From positions 1,320,001-1,352,000 of the forward strand of contig NC_022349.1 in NCBI RefSeq assembly GCF_000354175.2: 32,000 nt of DNA, written 5' to 3'. The notes beneath the pieces are model-generated. The model searched no databases. It was given only the letters and a program-made list of their open reading frames with translations, and was not told where the DNA came from. Shown piece after piece: positions 25,546 to 32,000 of this stretch. Both the position numbers and the translations under genes were made by a program. The DNA is from Vibrio alginolyticus NBRC 15630 = ATCC 17749. Lineage in GTDB: Bacteria > Pseudomonadota > Gammaproteobacteria > Enterobacterales > Vibrionaceae. The number at the start of each line of letters is the position of its first letter. Position 1 is the stretch's first letter.

Positions 25546-25564
25546 AGTTTATTTAAGTTTTTAG

Positions 25565-26113
25565 TTATAGGAATTCAACAAACTGAGAAAGGTCACGCTC
25601 AGGAACTTTCATCGGTGTACAACCAGGCGTGCCTAAGTACAAGAAACCAACAATCTCATCGTCACCCTCTAAACCAAATGCTTGATGAACTTCTGGATGG
25701 AACATCCACTTACCTGAGCGCCAAAACCCTTGAAAGCCTTGCGCTACAGCTGCCATTTGCATCGCTTGTACAGCGCATCCCGCAGATAAGTGTTGCTCTA
25801 GTGCTGGTACTTTCTCATGTTCTGTTACTTTAGCAATCACCGTGATCACCATTGGTGCGCGAAATGGGGCATTCTTTACCTTTTCGACCACCGCTTCATC
25901 ACTATTTTCAGCTTCTGCCGCTTTTACCAATATATCTGACAGTTTTTTCAAACCATCGCCCTGTGCGATAACGAAACGCCAAGGGGTTAATCCCGCATGG
26001 TCAGGCGCACGAAGGCCAGCACGAATGATGTTCTCAAGTGCTTTACCTTCTGGAGCAGGCGCGGATAACTTCGCGATAGATCGGCGATTGAGCAAAAGAT
26101 CGAGAGCGTCCAT
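25565..26113 (-). CDS. ydjA: nitroreductase-family protein YdjA
   Basis: [12 protein letters not shown]...[12 protein letters not shown]...[23 protein letters not shown] is collinear with E. coli YdjA and sits next to topB, as in E. coli. Confidence 0.9.
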   Translation of the reverse strand: MDALDLLLNRRSIAKLSAPAPEGKALENIIRAGLRAPDHAGLTPWRFVIAQGDGLKKLSDILVKAAEAENSDEAVVEKVKNAPFRAPMVITVIAKVTEHEKVPALEQHLSAGCAVQAMQMAAVAQGFQGFWRSGKWMFHPEVHQAFGLEGDDEIVGFLYLGTPGCTPMKVPERDLSQFVEFL

Positions 26114-26286
26114 GAAAGAATCCTTATTGAATATCGTTGTTATTTTGTTTACGCCACTTTAGCACAATCTGCTCCTGCGAATAACAACCGGTTTTCTGTG
26201 GGCTTGATAACGTGCTTCACTTAACATCAATCTGGGTTTAATGTTAATTTATTCGCGAAATGAATAAGTTGAACATAGGCAGGTTG

Positions 26287-27603
26287 ATGAACAAGGACAA
26301 ACAAAACAGCATTTACGAAAAGATCGTTAATGACGAAGATGCCCGTGCCTGTAAGGCGATTCCTGAATCAGCTTGTCATCAAGTTCCCGGCAACTTTCTT
26401 AAAATAATTCTCGCTCAGTTTTTAACGAAAGTCGGCGATGCGTTAATCAATCCTAAAGTCACGTTGCCGTGGATACTACAAAGTCTCGGGGCACCGGTTT
26501 ACTTAATTGGTTGGCTCGTTCCTATTCGTGAATCAGGTTCCCTTATCCCACAACTTAGCATCGCGCACTACATCCGACGCATTCCAGTAAGAAAATGGGT
26601 CTGGGTAATTGGCAGCATCTTGCAGGCTCTTTCCATATTTGCAATCGGAGTGGTCGCATTAACTCTGACAGGAGCAGCTGCGGGTTATGGTGTGATTGCA
26701 TGCCTTGTGATCTTCAGCCTCTCACGCGGTTTAAATTCCGTCGCATCAAAAGATGTATTGGGCAAAACCATCCCTAAAAACCAACGAGGTCAAGTCAACG
26801 GCTGGTCTTCAAGCGCTGCTGGCCTAGTTACGCTGCTTTTCGCTAGCCTTCTGGCACTAGCCTGGTTATGGGACGTAGAGCCGACAGAGCGCTTTTACGG
26901 TCTGAGTTTAGGCTTAGCGGGCGTCATATGGCTCATCGCTGCATTCGTCTATGCGCGAATTAATGAGTATGCCGGTGAGGTAGATGGTGGTAGAAATGGC
27001 GTCCTTGAGGCATTTAAACAACTCGCGTTACTTAAAACAGACGTGACCTTTCGTCGATTCGTTATCACGCGGACACTATTTTTATGTTCTGCGCTGAGTG
27101 CACCGTACTACGTTGTGCTGGCACAGCAATCTCTCGGTGGACAACTCTGGGTGCTAGCTCTCTTTATGTTTGCGAGTGGCTTGGCCTCCTTTGTGTCAGG
27201 TCCTTTCTGGGGAAGAATGTCCGATCGCTCTAGCCGCAGTGTGATGGTCATCGGCGCAACGATGAGCGCGCTACTTGGCGTTGTTTTATTTGTTTACGAT
27301 ACGTGGGTCACCGCTAGCCAAAGCTTCCTATTCGTGATTCCTCTGCTCTACTTTTGTGTGTGTATTGCCCACGACGGAATACGAGTCGGACGAAAAACCT
27401 ACTTAGTTGATATCGCAGAAGGTGACAAGCGGACAAGCTATGTAGCCGTGAGTAACACGGTGGTTGGAATAATGCTGCTTCTAATGAGTTCTCTTGGTGT
27501 TATGTCGAACTTTTTGAGCCTTTCAGCAGTGGTGTTAGTGTTCTCTTTTATTACTCTTGCTGGCGTAGTAATGGCCAAACAACTGCCAGATATCAGTGAC
27601 TAG
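26287..27603 (+). CDS. MFS-type transporter
   Basis: About 12 hydrophobic spans with a central loop. ATG 26287 is preferred (AGGCAGG upstream). The ORF track starts at 26260, which has no RBS. Confidence 0.8.
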   Translation: MNKDKQNSIYEKIVNDEDARACKAIPESACHQVPGNFLKIILAQFLTKVGDALINPKVTLPWILQSLGAPVYLIGWLVPIRESGSLIPQLSIAHYIRRIPVRKWVWVIGSILQALSIFAIGVVALTLTGAAAGYGVIACLVIFSLSRGLNSVASKDVLGKTIPKNQRGQVNGWSSSAAGLVTLLFASLLALAWLWDVEPTERFYGLSLGLAGVIWLIAAFVYARINEYAGEVDGGRNGVLEAFKQLALLKTDVTFRRFVITRTLFLCSALSAPYYVVLAQQSLGGQLWVLALFMFASGLASFVSGPFWGRMSDRSSRSVMVIGATMSALLGVVLFVYDTWVTASQSFLFVIPLLYFCVCIAHDGIRVGRKTYLVDIAEGDKRTSYVAVSNTVVGIMLLLMSSLGVMSNFLSLSAVVLVFSFITLAGVVMAKQLPDISD

Positions 27604-27611
27604 TTCTATAC

Positions 27612-27641
27612 AAAAAAAGCTGCGCTCAAAGCGCAGCTTTC
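27612..27641. terminator. bidirectional terminator between the MFS gene and fadH
   Basis: AAAGCTGCGC-TCAAA-GCGCAGCTTT 10-bp stem flanked by an A-run and TTT. Confidence 0.85.
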
Positions 27642-27663
27642 ATGGTAAACACACATTAAAAAG

Positions 27664-29679
<2,016 letters not shown>

Positions 29680-29698
29680 TTAACATCCATTGTTATTA

Positions 29699-29715
29699 TC
29701 ATGGTCTGACCAGAT
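29699..29715 (-). promoter_or_regulatory. FadR-type operator (minus strand ATCTGGTCAGACCATGA)
   Basis: Palindromic core TGGTC-N-GACCA located 23 nt upstream of the fadH start. It closely resembles E. coli fad operators as I recall them (fadB ATCTGGTACGACCAGAT). Confidence 0.55.
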
Positions 29716-29900
29716 TAAGCCTGCTCAACCAAAAAATCAAACAAGCGTTTACATTTTTGTAACACCGATCAATCTCGTGTGAAAATATGCCAATTGTTGA
29801 GTGGTCGTGATAAGCTAAAAAAATGTTATCTTTTGAGATCTTAGAGATAAGAACCCATACTTTGTTAGACTCGGCGTAACTATCTCGTTATGGAGACAAG

Positions 29901-31751
29901 ATGAAAAAACTCTTCAAATTTATTGGTTTGATATTTAAAGGGATATGGAAAAGTATCACTTTCATCAGACTCGCACTGGCAAACCTAATTTTCTTGCTGA
30001 TGATTGCCGTTTTCTACTTTGCCTTTACTTATACCGGAGACGGTCAACCTGTCGTCGAAAAAGAATCGGCATTGGTGATGAACCTTTCAGGCCCAATTGT
30101 CGAACAAAGACGTTATGTAAACCCAATGGACTCTTTTGCTGGTTCCCTTTTGGGTAATGAGTTACCGAAAGAAAACGTCCTTTTCGATATCGTTGATACT
30201 ATTCGCTACGCGAAAGACGATCCTAAAGTATCTGGATTAGTGCTAGCACTGCGAGACATGCCAGAAACAAATCTCACGAAACTACGTTACATCGCGAAAG
30301 CGTTGAACGAATTTAAAGCGTCAGGCAAACCCGTTTACGCCGTAGGTGATTTCTACAACCAAAGCCAATATTACTTGGCAAGTTACGCCGATAAAGTTTA
30401 TCTGGCACCTGATGGTGGTGTATTGATTAAAGGTTACAGCGCTTACTCAATGTACTACAAAACGTTACTTGAAAAGCTTGACGTTTCTACTCATGTTTTT
30501 CGCGTAGGTACTTATAAATCCGCTATCGAACCGTTTATTCGTGATGACATGTCCGATGCGGCGAAAGAGTCAGCAACACGTTGGGTTACTCAATTATGGA
30601 GTGCTTTTGTTGATGACGTAACAACAAACCGAAACATTGATGCGAAAGTGCTTAATCCAACCATGGATGAGCTGATTAACGAGATGAAGTCTGTAAATGG
30701 CGATATTGCTCAGCTCGCAGTCAAATTGGGGCTAGTGGATGAACTTGCGACACGCCAAGACATTCGCACTCTATTCGCAAAACAGTTTGGTAGCGACGGC
30801 AAAGACAGCTACAACGCGATTGGTTACTACGACTACCTTGCAACGATTCGTCCCGATTACACACTACCTCAGCACGACATCGCCGTTGTTCTAGCCAGTG
30901 GCGCGATTATGGACGGTCAACAACCTCGCGGAACTGTTGGTGGTGACACAGTCGCAAGCTTGCTGCGTCAAGCACGCAATGATGAAAAAGTGAAAGCGGT
31001 CGTATTACGAGTAGATAGTCCAGGAGGCAGTGCCTTTGCTTCTGAAGTGATTCGTAACGAAGTAGAAGCTCTGAAGCAAGCAGGTAAGCCGGTTGTTGTA
31101 TCCATGTCGAGTTTGGCTGCTTCTGGTGGTTATTGGATTTCAATGAGCGCAGACAAAATCGTTGCTCAGCCAACAACCCTGACGGGCTCCATTGGTATAT
31201 TTAGTGTCATCACCACGTTTGAAAAAGGCTTTAGCAAGTTAGGTATTAACACTGATGGCGTTGGCACATCGCCGTTCTCAGGTGACGGTATTACCACTGG
31301 CCTTTCTGAGGGCGCGTCTCAAGTGTTCCAATTAGGTATCGAACACGGTTACAAGCGCTTTATTTCTCTAGTTGGCGAGAATCGCGATATGTCTCTAGAG
31401 GAAGTTGACAAAGTTGCTCAAGGTCGAGTTTGGACTGGCCAAGATGCACTATCCTTTGGTCTTGTCGATCAAATGGGTGACTTTGATGATGCTGTAGAGC
31501 TAGCGGCGAAACTAGCGAACGTGACCGATTATGGCATTTACTGGGTAGAAGAGCCTCTTTCACCTACTGAACTATTTCTACAAGAGTTTATGAAACAGGT
31601 GAAAGTCTCTCTAGGTATTGATGCAACAAGCTTGCTACCAAAAAGTCTTCAACCCCTAGCTCAACAATTCGAACAAGACGCAAGCTTGCTCCAAAGCTTC
31701 AACGATCCTAAAGGTCAATACGCATTTTGTTTGAACTGCCAAGTGCAGTAG
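29901..31751 (+). CDS. sppA: signal peptide peptidase SppA, 67K type
   Basis: 616 aa with an N-terminal TM anchor and tandem ClpP/crotonase-like S49 halves (RVDSPGGS, ASGGYW). GGAG RBS upstream. Followed by ansA, as in E. coli. Confidence 0.95.
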   Translation: MKKLFKFIGLIFKGIWKSITFIRLALANLIFLLMIAVFYFAFTYTGDGQPVVEKESALVMNLSGPIVEQRRYVNPMDSFAGSLLGNELPKENVLFDIVDTIRYAKDDPKVSGLVLALRDMPETNLTKLRYIAKALNEFKASGKPVYAVGDFYNQSQYYLASYADKVYLAPDGGVLIKGYSAYSMYYKTLLEKLDVSTHVFRVGTYKSAIEPFIRDDMSDAAKESATRWVTQLWSAFVDDVTTNRNIDAKVLNPTMDELINEMKSVNGDIAQLAVKLGLVDELATRQDIRTLFAKQFGSDGKDSYNAIGYYDYLATIRPDYTLPQHDIAVVLASGAIMDGQQPRGTVGGDTVASLLRQARNDEKVKAVVLRVDSPGGSAFASEVIRNEVEALKQAGKPVVVSMSSLAASGGYWISMSADKIVAQPTTLTGSIGIFSVITTFEKGFSKLGINTDGVGTSPFSGDGITTGLSEGASQVFQLGIEHGYKRFISLVGENRDMSLEEVDKVAQGRVWTGQDALSFGLVDQMGDFDDAVELAAKLANVTDYGIYWVEEPLSPTELFLQEFMKQVKVSLGIDATSLLPKSLQPLAQQFEQDASLLQSFNDPKGQYAFCLNCQVQ

Positions 31752-31769
31752 TTTTTCCATCAATATTAC

Positions 31770-31801
31770 AAAGGGCACTTCTACTTGAAGTGCCCTTTTT
31801 A
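31770..31801 (+). terminator. rho-independent terminator of sppA
   Basis: AAGGGCACTTC-TACTT-GAAGTGCCCTT followed by TTTTT. Confidence 0.85.
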
Positions 31802-31915
31802 TTAGGCTTTGCATCTCCTCAGATGACTTTCTGATGCTGTGCGTATAGCCTCGCATCTCAAGGTTATTTAGGTATATAATCCCCGCCTCTGTTCCCCTAC
31901 ACGAAAGAAAAAACG

Positions 31916-32000
31916 ATGACTAGAAAACACATCTACATCGCTTACACCGGTGGTACCATCGGAATGCAAAAATCCGACCACGGCTATGTGCCTGTTGCTG
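31916..32000 (+). CDS. ansA: L-asparaginase I, N-terminal fragment (continues past the window end)
   Basis: Hand translation MTRKHIYIAYTGGTIGMQKSDHGYVPVA matches the E. coli AnsA N-terminus, including the active-site TGGTIGM. Confidence 0.85.
   Translation, partial: MTRKHIYIAYTGGTIGMQKSDHGYVPVA

Noticed and set aside
26221-26247. 7-bp inverted repeat TTAACAT-N13-ATGTTAA upstream of the MFS gene
   Set aside because: It is short and AT-rich, matches no known operator I can name, and is within chance expectation for this composition.

Overview
The window looks like a Vibrio-type gammaproteobacterial chromosome segment. This is inferred from the protein sequences and from E. coli-like microsynteny blocks (ychE/marC-adhE, yejK-yejL-yejM-tRNA, ydjA-topB, sppA-ansA). 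About 28 kb (3950-32000) is ordinary housekeeping core: grxD, sodB, an SDR-like gene, adhE, a MarC-family gene, a voltage-gated K+ channel, asd, nhaC, a lipoprotein, a membrane-anchored HPt protein, yejK, yejL, yejM, tRNA-Ser(UGA), an HDAC-family deacetylase, a second SDR, a small protein, topB, ydjA, an MFS transporter, fadH, sppA and the start of ansA. Most convergent gene pairs are separated by clear rho-independent hairpins. The accessory part is the visibly AT-richer left ~4 kb (1-3950), which abuts the grxD terminator. It carries a truncated membrane-protein gene running off the window, a P2/HP1-like tyrosine integrase with a near-consensus LexA (SOS) box over its promoter, a dense cluster of short repeats just 3' of the integrase, and two tandem diverged 191-aa paralogs. 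I tentatively read the paralogs as Imm11/DUF1629-like orphan immunity genes, each preceded by a decayed remnant of an upstream gene tail. Other points worth a second look in the core:
- a second LexA-type box upstream of topB
- a Fur-box-like 13-bp inverted repeat next to an unannotated 39-codon hydrophobic ORF
- a FadR-type operator in front of fadH
- an SDR-fold protein with no YxxxK motif
- a sensor-like membrane protein whose only recognisable cytoplasmic module is an HPt domain
I found no CRISPR array, IS element, rRNA or complete multi-gene defence or secretion system. The most novel material is the small integrase islet, and its functional reading is inference only.
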